A stretch of 64,000 bases of DNA from NCBI GenBank assembly GCA_951406725.2, contig OX597821.1:46004001-46068000 (forward strand), written 5' to 3'. Numbering within the stretch: position 1 is the stretch's first letter; each line of letters opens with the position of its first letter. This DNA is from Octopus vulgaris (taxonomy: Eukaryota). The notes under the pieces are model-generated. The model made no database searches, had not been told where the DNA came from, and worked only from the letters and a program-made list of their open reading frames with translations. A program made the translations under genes and the position numbers. This document shows positions 40,345-55,106 of the stretch, piece by piece.

Positions 40345-40647
40345 AAGTAATAAAGTTAATGACCAATGGTTTCGCATCCCCGAAAGCCGTAGTTTCGTGG
40401 ACGATTCATCAGACTCTAATTCGAAAACAAATTTAACTCTACGACAACTGCTACTGTTTAGATTGTTTTTGTAAATGTATAAGGTGAACATATATATATA
40501 TGCGTGAGTACCATATTGATTGTAATTATTGAACTATATTAATGTATAATATCATTGCTATTGTGTAGTGTTTTAATAAAGTATTGATTCGGTATTATCT
40601 GATAGTTGATGATTGATTTAGATATATTTCTCCATTTTCTCATTTTG

Positions 40648-40824
40648 CATACATACATATATACATACGTACATACATACATACATACATACACATATAC
40701 ATGCGTACGTACATACATACATATATACATACACACATATATACATACGTACATACATACCTACATACATACATACATGCATATATACATACGTACATAC
40801 TTACATGCATATATACATACGTGT

Positions 40825-40855
<31 letters not shown>

Positions 40856-40996
40856 CATACATATATACATACGTACATACGTACATACATACATATATAC
40901 ATACATGCATATATACATACGTACATACATACCTACATACATATATACATGCATATATACATACGTACATACATACATGCATATATACATACGTAT

Positions 40997-41027
<31 letters not shown>

Positions 41028-41200
41028 CATACATATATACATACGTACATACGTACATACATACATATATACATACATGCATATATACATACGTACATAC
41101 ATACATACGTACATACATACATACATACATACATACATACATACATACATACATACATACATACATACATACATACATGCATGCATACATACACATATAT
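40648..41200. repeat. complex (TACA)n satellite
   Basis: TACA repeats with recurring TACG/TGCA/TATA variant blocks. Confidence 0.95.
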
Positions 41201-41522
41201 AGTGTTCGGGATAAATTTGACAGTTTGCATAAAAGGAAAAGAAAACATGCTTTTCTCTCAGTGTCCCTGGAAAGATGTACCTCCTCGATCTGGGCCACCA
41301 GCTTTGCCTCCAGCTTAAAAAACAGCTTGGCCACCGGCTTTGACACCGTCTCGGCCTTGGCGTTGCAGGCTGAGCAGTTGAGGTCTTTCTAAAACTGCAC
41401 CCCATACATAGTAATCCATGGGATTACAATTGGAGAATTAGAAGGCCAGATATTGGGGGTTGTTGAAGTCGTGGAAATTCTCCGACAACCACTTGACTCT
41501 TTTCGGAGGTATGGCAAGGAAT
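41200..41522 (-). mobile_element. Tc1/mariner transposase C-terminal relic
   Basis: PCHTSEKS..WLSENFHDF..IWPSNSPNCNPMDYYVWGAV, matching the WPPNSPDLNPLD-type motif, with frameshifts. Confidence 0.75.
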
Positions 41523-41834
41523 CAAATTTACTTTACCCCCGAAGCTATTGCAGTAGATACTTGCACAAAGTGTCACACAGTGGGACTGAATGCGGAACCA
41601 TATGGTTGGGAAGCAAACTTCTTATAAGGATTCAAATGGCAATTATAAATCTCTGCAACAATTCGCATACAATGAAGACTCCTCCTCCACCTACTTCTCG
41701 TTAGACTATTGGTATTAATTTTATTGATAGACGAAAAAACGAATGGAGTAGTGTGATCTGAATCCTAAACTTTAAGAGAACGAGACTAAATACTGCAAGG
41801 ATTTAGTATACTGTTCTCCAGTTTATACATATAT

Positions 41835-42311
41835 ACTCTTTTACTCTTTTACTTGTTTCAGTCATTTGACTGCGGCCATGCTGGAGCACCGCCTTTAATC
41901 GAGCAACTCGACCCCGGGACTTATTCTTTTGTAAGCCCAGTACTTATTCTATCGGTCTCTTTTGCCGACCCGCTAAGTAACGGGGACATAAACACACCAG
42001 CATCGGTTGTCAAGCACTGCTAGGGGGACAAACATAGACACACAAACACACACACGCATATATATACATATATACGACGGGCTTCTTTCAGTTTCCGTCT
42101 ACCAAATCCACTCACAAGGCTTTGGTCGACCCGAGGCTATAGTAGAAGACACTTGCCCAAGGTGCCACGCAGTGGGACTGAACCCGGGACCATGTGGTTG
42201 GTAAACAAGCTACTTACAACACAGCCACTCCTGCGCCTGTATGTATATACTCTTTTACTCTTTTACTCGTTTCAGTCATTTGACTGCGGCCATGCTGGAA
42301 CACCGCCTTTA
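41835..42311 (-). mobile_element. SINE family C full copy (41835-42237) plus adjacent tail fragment
   Basis: Matches the 23955 copy; a second tail lies at 42250-42311. Confidence 0.9.
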
Positions 42312-42333
42312 ACCGTATATTTTTTAATATATA

Positions 42334-42554
42334 TATTTCTTTACTACCCACAAGGGGCTAAACACAGAGGGGACAAACAAAGGGATGAAGTCAATTACAT
42401 CGACCCCAGTGTGTAACTGGTACTTAATTTATCGACCCCGAAAGGATGAAAGGCAAAGTGGACCTCGGCGGAATTTGAACTCGGAACGTAACGGCAGACG
42501 AAATACGGCTACGCATTACGCCCGGCGTGCTAACGTGTCTGCCAGCTCGCTGCC
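42334..42554 (-). mobile_element. SINE family B
   Basis: Matches the 7087 copy. Confidence 0.9.
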
Positions 42555-42639
42555 AGTTTATACATGGTAAGTAGCTAGCTTACCAGCCACATCGTAAGCA
42601 AGAGTGAATAGAAATATAGCGAGAGATAGATAGATAGAC

Positions 42640-42800
<161 letters not shown>

Positions 42801-43243
42801 TTCTAAACAGAGCATGAATGTGAGAAAATGTACGTGAAGTCAGTCAGACAGCCAATCCTACAAAACAGATTCAAACACACCACATAATTTACATATATCG
42901 AAAGACAAACTGACATAAAGACAGACCAACAGACTGACTGACGGACAGACACATACATACATACATACATACATACATACATACATACATACATACATAC
43001 ATACATACATACATACATAGATGAAGGATGAAAGACGTTTCCCGAAGAATTTGAATTCAAAACGTAAAGAGCTATGAATGAATATCCCAAGTTCATTTAT
43101 TCAACACTGCCGATCTATGTTTGCCCTTCCGATACTATTATACATATAAAAGCAGATGAAAATTCGAAAGCTACTCCACATAAATAGAACTCAGTAAATT
43201 ACATATACACCACCCGAATTACTTAAATATGTAATATCTTTTC

Positions 43244-43662
43244 GGCGGCGAGCTGGCAGAAACGTTAGCACGCCGGGCGAAATGCGTAGCTGTATTTCGT
43301 CTGCCGTTACGTTCTGAGTTCAAATTCCGCCGAGGTCGATCGACTTTGCCTTTCATCCTTTCGGGGTCGATAAATTAAGTATTTGTTACGCACTGGGGTC
43401 GATGTAATCGACTTAATCCGTTTGTCTGTCCTTGTTTGTCCTCTCTGTGTTTAGCCCCTTGTGGGTAGTAAAGAAATAGGTATTACGTCTGTTGTTACGT
43501 TCTGAGTTCAAATTTCGCCGGGGCCGACTTTCCCTTTCATCCTTTCTGGATCGATTATATAAATACCAGTTCCGCACTAGGGTCGATGTTATTGATTTAA
43601 TCCCTTTGTCTTTCCTCGTTTGTCTCTTCTATGTTTAGCCCCCTGTGGGCAATAAAGAAATA
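43244..43662 (+). mobile_element. SINE family B plus 3' part of an older copy
   Basis: The full copy at 43244-43478 is followed directly by a copy that starts at the internal GGTAT site. Confidence 0.88.
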
Positions 43663-43792
43663 AATATGTAATGGTTTTTTTTTTTTTTTACCAGATTGTT
43701 GAATGGTTTCTATGTTTAGGAACTGAAAACATTGGGATGTGTTAATTTTGCTAAGATATCTACTGATGAGAGGTGACATATCTCTTTCTTTT

Positions 43793-44161
43793 GCACTCCG
43801 TCGGTTACGACGACGAGGGTTCTGGTTAATCCGAATCAACGGAACAGCCTGCTCGTGAAATTAACGTGTAAGTGGCTGAGCACTCCACAGACACGTGTAC
43901 CCTTAACGTAGTTCTCGGGGATATTCAGCGTGACACAGAGAGTGACAAGGCCGGCCCTTTGAAATACAGGTACAACAGAAACAGGAAGTAAGAGTGAGAG
44001 AAAGTTGTGGTGAAAGAGTACAGCAGAGATCACCACCATCCCCTGCCGGAGCCTCGTGGAGCTTTAGGTGTTTTCGCTCAATAAACACTCACAACGCCCG
44101 GTCTGGGAATCGAAACCGCGATCCTATGACTGCGAGTCCGCTGCCCTAACCACTGGGCCAT
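43793..44161 (-). mobile_element. SINE family A1
   Basis: Reverse complement of the 20897 copy, slightly trimmed. Confidence 0.9.
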
Positions 44162-44300
44162 ATACATACATACTTACATACATACATAGATGAAGGATGA
44201 AAGATGATGGATGTATGATGAGAGGAATCGAACTCGGAGCTTATATCAGAACGACGAGTCATACAACTTATATTTAAAAAGAAGAAAGAAATGGGAAATA

Positions 44301-44471
44301 CTGTAGAAGCCGCTTATTGTGATCACTTTAGGACGTGGCCTTTTTGATGAAAAATAAACGGAAGATAAATAGTATATAACTATAACCTTCCAAGTGTTTA
44401 GGATTCACTTATTTTGATAACAATAACCGTTTGATAACATTGTCTACGATTATAATAAATAGCTCCCACTG
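44301..44471. mobile_element. degenerate Tigger-like MITE
   Basis: Left end CTGTAGAAGCCGCTTATTGTGATC; right end (reverse complement) CAGTGGGAGCTATTTATTATAATC. Confidence 0.45.
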
Positions 44472-46062
44472 TGACTAAAGGATGGTGGACAGGCCCAATC
44501 AGTATTGCAGTTTACAGTTAAGTCCCTGACTTCAAATTTTCTTTTCTTCACACCAGGATCGACAAAACAAATAGTAGTTAAATTATTGATGTCAGCTTTG
44601 TCAATAATACTTCTGAAAAATTTGTAAGTGTCGGGGCGGGGGGCGAGGGGCTAACGAACAAATAATTATTTAATCTGATGCAGTTCCGATCTAAATTCGG
44701 TTGCTGGTCATCCATAGAGGACCCAGAAAATAATTAACAGTTACATAGTGATAGCAATACTCCTGAGGTGTATATATCTACCGCCTTGTATAGTATTATT
44801 TTGTTCCTCAAAGAACTGGCAGTCTATATAGTTCTTGTAGAGATGCTTCGAGATGAATGAAATAAATATGTTGATGTTCTGTTATTGGCGTCGACGCATT
44901 CAAATTTTCGTTCATTCGTTCCAATCCAACAAATTAATTTGGTGAGACACAGCTGGGATGCTAATGTGTTTTAATCAAAGCTTTTAGCAGTGTCAGTGAA
45001 ATAAACATTTTTACAATTTTGATTAATCAGAAGCTTATCTCTTACTCTAATTCCCTAGATAATCGACCTAAATAAGCATTCATTACGGAATCACTAGAGC
45101 AACGAGAAATAGTAGTCAACTCATCTACAAATTACACACTAATGTCTTTTAAATGGGAGCAGATACTGCAATCCTAGGATAAAAAGGGCGGGATGGTCAT
45201 GAATAGAATGCCTTTGACCATGCGTCTGCTCGATCAGGGCTATTCTGTGGTAGCCGTGGCTATGTGATTATTAAGCTTCATTCACAACCCTGAGATATCG
45301 AGTTCGATCCCACTGTACAGGTGTCTCCTACCATAGTTTCAGATTGATCTAAATCTTGTGAAGGAAGAGGACGTGATGAGTTAATCTGTATAACACTACC
45401 ACTTGGTCACTGGGTCCATTTAACAGATCATTCATCCTGTTACAAGAATTTGGATCGGTCTCCGCATGTCGCTCCGAAAATGGTCATGGATGGCGGGGTG
45501 ACTTTACCTTGACTAAACCATTACAGAAAATAAAAGAGAACATTTGATGATCTATTTTTGTAAAGTATATCTGTGCGTGTATATGAATGTATACTCGTAT
45601 ATGCACACGGGCGTGCACGTGAGTGGCCGTACAAAAAATTCCAGTGATGTATACTGTAGGTAAGTAAATTTAGATAGAGTGGCAAGTTGATATCCAACTA
45701 AAGTGTCCTTATTCAGGTCATTTAGCACTAAGTATTATCGGTCTACAGTTCTAACTGACAAGAACTCCCAGGAGGCAGTGTTTAATATTGTCCCTTCCGG
45801 CAGTTCTTGCACTGCAGACATATCTGCATAATCTCCTCCGGCAGCAAAGATGGGTCTGGCAAACACTTGGCCTCGTTTTTATACTATAAAAGAGAAATCT
45901 GTCCAAGCTTGCCCTATGAAACTGTCTCACATTGTTTATGCGTACACAGGAGGCCAAACTAACACATCTCATTCACATACACACGCATATGGTTATATTT
46001 GTTTAAGCCTCTGTTTGCATATGTGTTTGTGCGTGTGTGCGTGTGTATGTGTGTATGTGTGC

Positions 46063-46096
<34 letters not shown>

Positions 46097-46167
46097 CTAC
46101 ATATGCAAACATACATGTATATGCATATATATATATGTGTGTATGTGTATATATGCATTTATGTATA

Positions 46168-46612
<445 letters not shown>

Positions 46613-46617
46613 GTATG

Positions 46618-46716
<99 letters not shown>

Positions 46717-46747
46717 ACATATATGTTTATGTATACATATATGTATA

Positions 46748-46800
<53 letters not shown>

Positions 46801-47180
46801 AATATAAAAAAAGGAACCAAGAAGTGGACCGAAACGACGAATCGGAACGAACCTGATGCGGGGCACTGTCAGACAATAAGGTGATAAATAAAAATATATG
46901 CATACATACAAATATATATGTACGTACCTACATCTGCATGTATATATACATGCATATATAAATAATTATACGTGAGTACAGGACATCACAATAAGACGTA
47001 GAAACGGAAAAAAACAAAAAACAAAAAAAAACGAAAAACAAGAAAACGAAAAACGAAAAACAATTACAGGACGAGCTACACAAGGACAAAACCCCCGTCA
47101 TCATATTTGGATAATACCATACCAAATTCTGGTGCCTTTAAATTAAATATCATATTCATCTGAATCTAAATTTTGCTGAA

Positions 47181-47741
<561 letters not shown>

Positions 47742-48073
47742 ATATATATTGCTCTTTATCAACATAAATACGTGCATACATACATACATACATACATACA
47801 TACATACATACATACATACATACATACATACATACATACATACATACATGCTTGGTTGGGTAGCGTTGCTGAATTCACCGTTCGAAAATATATAGTTTTC
47901 AAAATGACACACAGACAATGAGCTAATAAACAGAAACAATATTACCTCTAAATCTCTCAAAGAGAAATATTCAGTAACAGTTCTTTAAAAATTGTTATAA
48001 GGCAGACAAACTGTGTGTGTGTGTGTGTGTGTGTGTATGTCTACATATTTATGTATTTATACACACACATATA

Positions 48074-49224
48074 CAGGGTGGGTGAAAAGTAAGTAGGCAT
48101 TAAAAATTGATAATAAAATCCATATATATATATATGTGTGCGTGTATGTTTGTGTGTCTGTGTTTGTCCCTCTAGCATTGCTTGACAACCGATGCTGGTG
48201 TGTTTATGTCCCCATCACTTAGCGGTTCGGCAAAAGAGACCGATAGAATAAGTACTGGGCTTACAGAGAATAAGTCCCGGGGTCGAGTTGCTCGACTAAA
48301 GGCGGTGCTCCAGCATAGCCGCAGTCAAACGACTGAAACAAATAAAAAGAGAGAAAAAAGAGAGTATTCCTTTTACAAACTTATTGAAACAAATGATACA
48401 TGTTCTTTATTGCATGGATAAATGAAAGTAAATCTTCATATTTCAACGTAAGTACCGGTGGCCTCAACCAGTTTCTTCAAATGGCAAGGTATGGAATGAA
48501 CAACCTTCTGAAGGACGTCGTCTGGAATATCATTGAGAATCTCCTGAATCCGTGTCTTCAAGTCCTACAGTGTGCGATCGGTACTATAACATCCCAGCCT
48601 CGTCACTCGAGATGTTTTCAAACAGTTCAGGCCAATCTTCATACAGACCGAGCATTAACTCTCCATATTCCATTCTGCGGTCACAGTCTTCAGGTTTTAG
48701 CTCCTGCACGTAATGGGGTTTCCATGGACGAAAATTCAATTCTTTATCCTAAACCGTACGTATTGTGTGTCTTGTTATTCCAGTTCCACGGGCTGCTTTA
48801 CGTGTTAATTTTTGCGGGCTGCGATTACACATCTCTTGGACTGTTGCTACGTTTTGCGCTGATCGAGATGTGGTTGGACGGCCACTTCTTCTTGCATTGT
48901 TTATAGAGCCCGCGGTCATCAGCTTTGCATGACAACTTTTTATTGTCTCCGGACGTAGTGTTGCATGCTCACCTTTCCATGCATGACACCATCTCTGAAC
49001 CAAAACAACGGAATTCTACACTTCATAGCGTGCTGCTATCTTAGCTCGCTCCTGAACAGTCAATCGACCGGCCATCTGGAAAATAAGAAATATGAAATGA
49101 GACAATTAAAAAATTCAAAATCCCCATCAGTGTTCTCTATTTAAAAAATGTTTTCGTTATGGCTTCAGTGATACTAAAAATTCTATAAGCAATTTCTAAT
49201 GCCTAGTTACTTTCTACCATCCTG
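48074..49224 (-). mobile_element. Tc1/mariner-superfamily element (DUF4817-type HTH), deleted, with SINE C fragment inserted
   Basis: TIRs CAGG.TGG...AAAGTAA.TAGGCATTA.AAATTG. From ATG 49075: MAGRLTVQERAKIAARYE*..RRSGRPTTSRS..RSPQKLTRKAAR. The 3' half of SINE C sits at about 48135-48365. Confidence 0.82.
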
Positions 49225-49234
49225 TGTGTGCGTG

Positions 49235-49308
<74 letters not shown>

Positions 49309-49325
49309 GATATATATATATATAA

Positions 49326-49588
49326 GTGACGGGACGTAAACACACCACCATCGGTTGTCAACCGATGTTGGGGGGACAAACACAGACACACAAACATATA
49401 CACACACATACATATATATATACATATATACAACGGGCTTCTTTCAGTTTCCGTCTACCAAATCTACTCACAAGGCTTTGGTCGGCCAGAGGCTACAATA
49501 GAAGACACTTGCCCAAGATGCCACGCAGTGGGACTGAACCCGGAACCATGTGGTTGATAAGCAAGCTACTTACCATATAGCCACTCCT
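49326..49588 (-). mobile_element. SINE family C, 5' part
   Basis: Matches the head and middle of the 23955 copy. Confidence 0.85.
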
Positions 49589-49636
49589 GAGAGAAAGAGA
49601 GAGAGATGGAATATCGATTGTGTAAGCACTGGTGAA

Positions 49637-49675
<39 letters not shown>

Positions 49676-50020
49676 CATACATATATATATATTGTCTATG
49701 TGCATTTATAAGACAGACCAAATATGAATGTGTGTGTATATGTGTGTGTGCGCGCGCAAAGCAGTGCTGGTCTTAAGAACAGTTAAGTGTCCATAGCACA
49801 GCTACTTAACCAGACATGACTTTTACATGATATCACCAATCACATTGTTATTATTTGCTTCTCATTTTCGACTCGTTGATTGCATTTCTTCTTTACCTGG
49901 CTATGAAATGGCGGGAATATTACTATATCTATAAGCCATATGTATAAGAAAGATCGTGCCTTCTTTGAAAAAAGAACTGCACGGTACTAAGGGAATGGAA
50001 TCCTTTTGCTGTAGCTACTT

Positions 50021-50398
50021 TGTTTGTTTGTTTGTTTGTTGAGCGAAGCGGTCTTCGTTCCTGTGGGAGAAGTCCAAAACGTGGTCCTTTGCTATTCGTA
50101 AGACCCACAGAAGGGAAAGCAGGTCAATCCCCAACACCGAGAGCATCGACAGATGGATGAATGCGCATCCAGGCTCAGCGGTTGTGTAGGAAGTCGGGGA
50201 CAAGAAACAGGAAGAAAGAGTGAGAGAAAGTTGGAGTGAAAGAGTACAACAGGGGTCGCCACCCCCACCCCCTGTCGGAGCCTCGTCGGAGCCTCGTGGA
50301 GCTTTAGGTGTTTTCGCTCAATAAACACACACAACGCCCAGTCTGGGAATCGAAACCGCGAGTCCGCTGCCCTAACCACTAGGCCATTGCGCCTCCAC
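50021..50398 (-). mobile_element. SINE family A2 with (AAAC)n tail
   Basis: Matches the 10544 copy. 14-bp TSD with 2 mismatches at 50007-50020 and 50399-50412. Confidence 0.88.
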
Positions 50399-51146
50399 TG
50401 CCGTAGCTGCTTCGGCCCTAGATCACACCTATCTGAGCAGAGCTAGGTTAAACGTCATTCAGTTGTAACTATCCTGTCTTCTTTAGAGGCAGAAAGGTGT
50501 GTTTAGAGGAAGATTTGGTTGCTATTTCAAATTGTTTGATTTTGCTTCATTTAGTGTAGTTTTTTAAACTGAAATATTTATCAGTCATACACACTAACAC
50601 AGTTGATACTGTCTTTGCTTGACCTTCTGTAATCAGTGGAAACCATTAATAGTTATAGTTTTACTGATCAGGTCTACGAACATAAGAGGACCCCTCTGTT
50701 CGCTTTGCTTCATTTAGTGCGGCAGTTTTAGCTGAAGTATTTATCATACGCACTAATATGATAAACAGAGTTTATGTACGGCTTGACCTTTATTAATATG
50801 TGATAGCCATTAATGGAGATCATTTCTATGAACATAAGAGGAGAGAAGAAAATGATAGCTGTGATATTGACTCCATTGGCAATAAATATGAAGTCAAAAA
50901 CCTACAAGAGAAAAATGAAACTTTACCGTCAGCATTACAGCATCTGATATAATTTAAGTTCGTGTTGGTATACTGATGTCTTTTCTGGTAGACATTAAAA
51001 TATGGAGACGTTGTGATGAAGATACAGAGAACTAGAGAGCGTTTACCAGGTAGGAAGACTAACATCAGCTTTGCAAAATTAAAAAAGGATTTTCTAAATG
51101 TCATCAATAAATAAAGGTAAAACAGATTATACTGCAATGTTAAAAC

Positions 51147-51217
51147 GACTAGGTGGCTCAGTGATAGAATACTCGCCTGCCACGCGGGCAGCTCCCGTTC
51201 ATTTCTCTGCCGATGCA
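51147..51217 (+). pseudogene. tRNA-Gly(GCC) pseudogene
   Basis: 71 nt, colinear with eukaryotic tRNA-Gly-GCC. The anticodon arm CTCGC-CT-GCC-AC-GCGGG is intact (GCC at 51179-51181). The 3' CCGATGCA is followed by a T-run. The acceptor 5' strand and T-arm are damaged. Confidence 0.8.
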
Positions 51218-51236
51218 CAAGGATTTTTTTTTCTAT

Positions 51237-51467
51237 GGCGGTGAGCTGGCAGAAACGTTAGCACGCCGGGCGAACTGCATAGCCGTATTTCGTCTGTCGT
51301 TACGTTCTGAGTTCAAATTCCGCCGAGGTCGACTTTGCCTTTCATCCTTTCGGGGTCGATAAATTAAGTACCAGTTACGCACTGGGGTCCATATAATCGA
51401 CTTAATCCGTTTGTCTGTCCTTGTTTGTTCCCTCTATGTTTAGCCCTTTGTGGGTAGAAAAGAAATA
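51237..51467 (+). mobile_element. SINE family B
   Basis: Matches the 7087 copy. Confidence 0.9.
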
Positions 51468-51699
51468 AATACTGCAGTCGGTTTCATGTTGTTTAGTCTC
51501 AGGTTAACTCTGATCAAGCAGACTTATAATAATAGCACGTTAGTATTTGGTTATTGTTGTCGCTATCGTTGTTCTTCTTTGATCTAGTATTAGACAAAGA
51601 CATTAAAACAGTGGCAATCTCATTGTTTTTTCTATACAGTAATTATATAAACCAATGTGCTCTTCATTCATTAAGACGCGATGGTATTACTAAAGGGAA

Positions 51700-52026
51700 G
51701 ACGGCGAGCTGGCAGAAACGTTAGCACGCCGGGCGAAATGCGTAGCCGTATTTCGTCTGCCGTTACGTTCTGAGTTCAAATTCCGCCAAGGTCGACTTTG
51801 CCTTTCATCCTTTCGGGGTCGATTTAAATAAGTACCAGTTACGCACTGGGGTCGATATTATCGACTTAATCCGCTTCTCTGTCCTTGTTTGTCCCCTTTG
51901 TGTTTAGCCCTTTGTGGGTAGTAAAGAAATAGGTATTTCGTCTGCCGCTACGTTCTGAGTTCAAATTCCGCCGAGGTCAACTTTGCCTTTCATCCTTTCG
52001 GGGTCGATTAAATAAGTACCAGTTAT
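51700..52026 (+). mobile_element. SINE family B plus partial second copy
   Basis: A full copy to 51931, then a copy starting at the internal GGTAT. Confidence 0.88.
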
Positions 52027-52370
52027 TACTATTAGATCAAGTAAAGACGTGCTGCTTCCTTTTTCATTTGTTCTTAGTCGAAGGACAGGTACGATCCTTA
52101 GGATCCCTTGTTTCACCTTTATGTTAAAGGGCCATATTTATTAAACAGTTTCTGTAACATCCATGTGTATGAATGTATATGTGTGTGTTAACATGCGTAA
52201 GTTCGCACTCGCGCCCACAAATACATATAAGTATATATATATATATTTATACTTATTTATCTTCATATATGTCTATGAATATATACCTACATAGATTTAA
52301 TACATGCATACACACTCAGACTCATACACTACATACATACATACATACATATATATATATGTGTGTGTGC

Positions 52371-52451
<81 letters not shown>

Positions 52452-52924
52452 TAGATAGATAGATAGATATATAAGTGTGTGTTTATAAATATATGTATAT
52501 ATTTATATTTATGTGTATGCACACACACACACACACATCCATGCATATTTTGGAAAGAGGAGCATGTCTTGCCAACTGTCATTCGCTCGCGTTGATTTTT
52601 GCTGATTATTATTTTCTTCAGGATAATAATATTCTTCTAACACTCCTTATGCTATATTATTTTGTCTTCCTCCGAACTTCCGTCGATACTACAGGAATAC
52701 TAAAACTCGTGCAAATCCAGTAGTCTTTCGTACAGTTTCTCTCACAAATTCCATTCTCAAAGAAATTACAAACCTGGGACAAGAGGCAAAATATCTGCCC
52801 ATGGTGCAGAACAGTGAACTCTAATTAGTTTGCCATGGCGGTGCCGGTATAAAAGATTCTGAGAACGATTAATCAAACAATCGTAGTTAATTGGCTAACG
52901 CGTTGGCTAGAAATAATCCTGTCT

Positions 52925-54440
52925 TATTTTAGGACAAGGCCCGCAGTTTCAGTGGAACGAGATTAGTTTATTTTATCGACCCCCACCCCTCAAATGAGAT
53001 GCCAAGTTAATCTCGGCAGAATTTGAACCCAGAACGTAAAGCTGAAAGAAATATCTATTTCTTTACAACCCACAAGGGGCTAAACATAGAGAGGACAAAC
53101 AAGGACAGACAAACGGATTAAGTCGATTATATCAACCCCAGTGCATAACTGGTACTTAATTTATCGACCCCGAAAGGATGAAAGGCAAAGTCGACCTCGG
53201 CGGAATTTGAACTCAGAACGTAACGGCAGACGAAATACAGCTACGCATTTCGCCCGGCGTGCTAACGTTTCTGCCAGCTCACCGCCTTAGAAATATCGCT
53301 AAGCATTTTGTCCGATGCGGTAACGATTCTGCTAGCTCATTGCCCTTAATTGACTGGTTATAATTCTTTCTACGGTCATTCTTTCTACGATACAAGGCCT
53401 GAAATTTTGTGCGTAGGGGTTAGTCGATTACATCGACCCCGGTGCTCAACTAGTACTTATTTTATCGAACCCAAAATGCTGAAAGGTAAAGTCGACCTCG
53501 GCGGAATTTGAACTCAGAACGAAAAAGCGGAACGAAATGCCGCCAAGCAATTTGTTCGACGCGCTTACGACTCTGCCACTTCACCGAGTAGTAATAATAG
53601 TTTCAGTTTTAAAGCTGCTAGCTGGCAGAATTGTTAACATGCCGGGCAAAATATTTATCGGCATTTCATCCGCCGTTATGTTCTGAGTTCAAATTCGCCG
53701 AGGTACTTAATTTATCGATCTAGAAAGGATGAAATGCAAAGTCGATCTCGGCGGAATCTGAACTCGAACATTATGCCAGAAGAAATGCTGCTAAGCATTT
53801 TCTGCGATATGATGACCATTCTGCCGGCTCACCGCCCTTGTTGAGAACTAACAATAGTATCAAATTTTAGCAAAAAGCGAGAAAATTTCGGGGGAGAGGA
53901 TAAGTCGATTAGACCAGCCTCAGTGATCAACTGGTACTTATTTTATCCTTTTCTACTCTGGGCACAAGGCCCGAAATTTTTGGGGAGGAGGCCAGTCAAT
54001 TAGATCGACACCTGTACGCAACTGGTACTTATTTTATCGACCCCGAAAGAATGAAAGGCAAAGTCAGCTTCAGCGGAAATTGTAGTAACGTGAAATAAGT
54101 TTTAAAAATAACGAATTTTATTATAATATATTCAATGTACTTATATAAATTTTATATCTATGAACAGAATAAAGAATGGTTTATATGCTATATAAATATG
54201 TAAAATTTTAAGAGTTATATATATATATGATATATGTAAAAGAGAATATTAATAATAATGATAATCTTTCCTACTAGAGGCACGAGGCCTAAAATGTTGG
54301 TGGGAATGGAATAATCGATTACATCGACCCCAGTGTTTCACTCCGAAAGGATGAAAAGAAAAGTCGAACTCGACAGAATTTGAACTCAGAACGTAAAGAC
54401 GGACGAAATGCCGCTATTTTCCCCGGGGTGCTAACGATTC
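52925..54440. mobile_element. dense cluster of SINE B and older relatives, including a nested insertion
   Basis: About eight fragments, mostly on the minus strand. A young copy at 53056-53288 lies inside an older one, with TSD AGAAATATC at 53047-53055 and 53289-53297. Confidence 0.85.
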
Positions 54441-54622
54441 TGCTGGCTCGACGTCCTGTCAAATAATAATAATAATACTAATAACAACTGAAAATAGAAC
54501 CAATGCGTTGTTGGATCATTGAATAGTCATTTTACCAATAAAATACAATAAGAAACACACGTACTGGTTCTATTTTCATTTGTTTTTAACTTAGAGAAAC
54601 TGTCCAAACAAAAACAGACATG

Positions 54623-54664
<42 letters not shown>

Positions 54665-54670
<6 letters not shown>

Positions 54671-54777
54671 TATATAGAAGGAGTTTACAGGACTAGTACT
54701 GTTTCATTCAAGAGAAATCTGATTTCTCTTGAATGAAACAGTACTAGTCCTGTAGAAGCTCCTTCTATATAATAAAT
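54665..54777. repeat. fold-back inverted repeat
   Basis: Perfect 34-bp arms at 54686-54719 and 54721-54754 with a 1-nt loop, extending imperfectly to about 55 bp. Confidence 0.9.
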
Positions 54778-54861
54778 TAATTTTACTCTGCTATGTATTG
54801 AGTACCTTACTTACTGTGGTTAACCCCGAATCAACCCGGGACCTACATATATATATATATA

Positions 54862-55106
54862 TATATATAGGGGAGACGTCTAGGAGCATTGCGGAACGGA
54901 TAAATGAACATCTAAGACAATATGACGACAGAAAACAGTCCTCCATACTCTACCAACATGCCAAAGCCCACCATGGAGGTAACTTGGGTCAACTTGACAT
55001 CCGCATCTTATCCAAGCACCCAAAAGACCCAACACTCGGACAAATACGGGAGTACGTCCTTATAAATGAAACTTCCCCAATATTAAATAGGAAACATACA
55101 CAATAA
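54862..55106 (+). pseudogene. Penelope-type GIY-YIG endonuclease fragment
   Basis: YIGETSRSIAERINEH...SILYQHAKAHH..IRILSK..IREYVLINETSPILN; 5'-truncated at (TA)n. Confidence 0.8.

Noticed and set aside
45751-45972. Cys/Arg-rich 73-aa ORF
   Set aside because: No recognisable domain; it may be a decayed LINE fragment but is not assignable.
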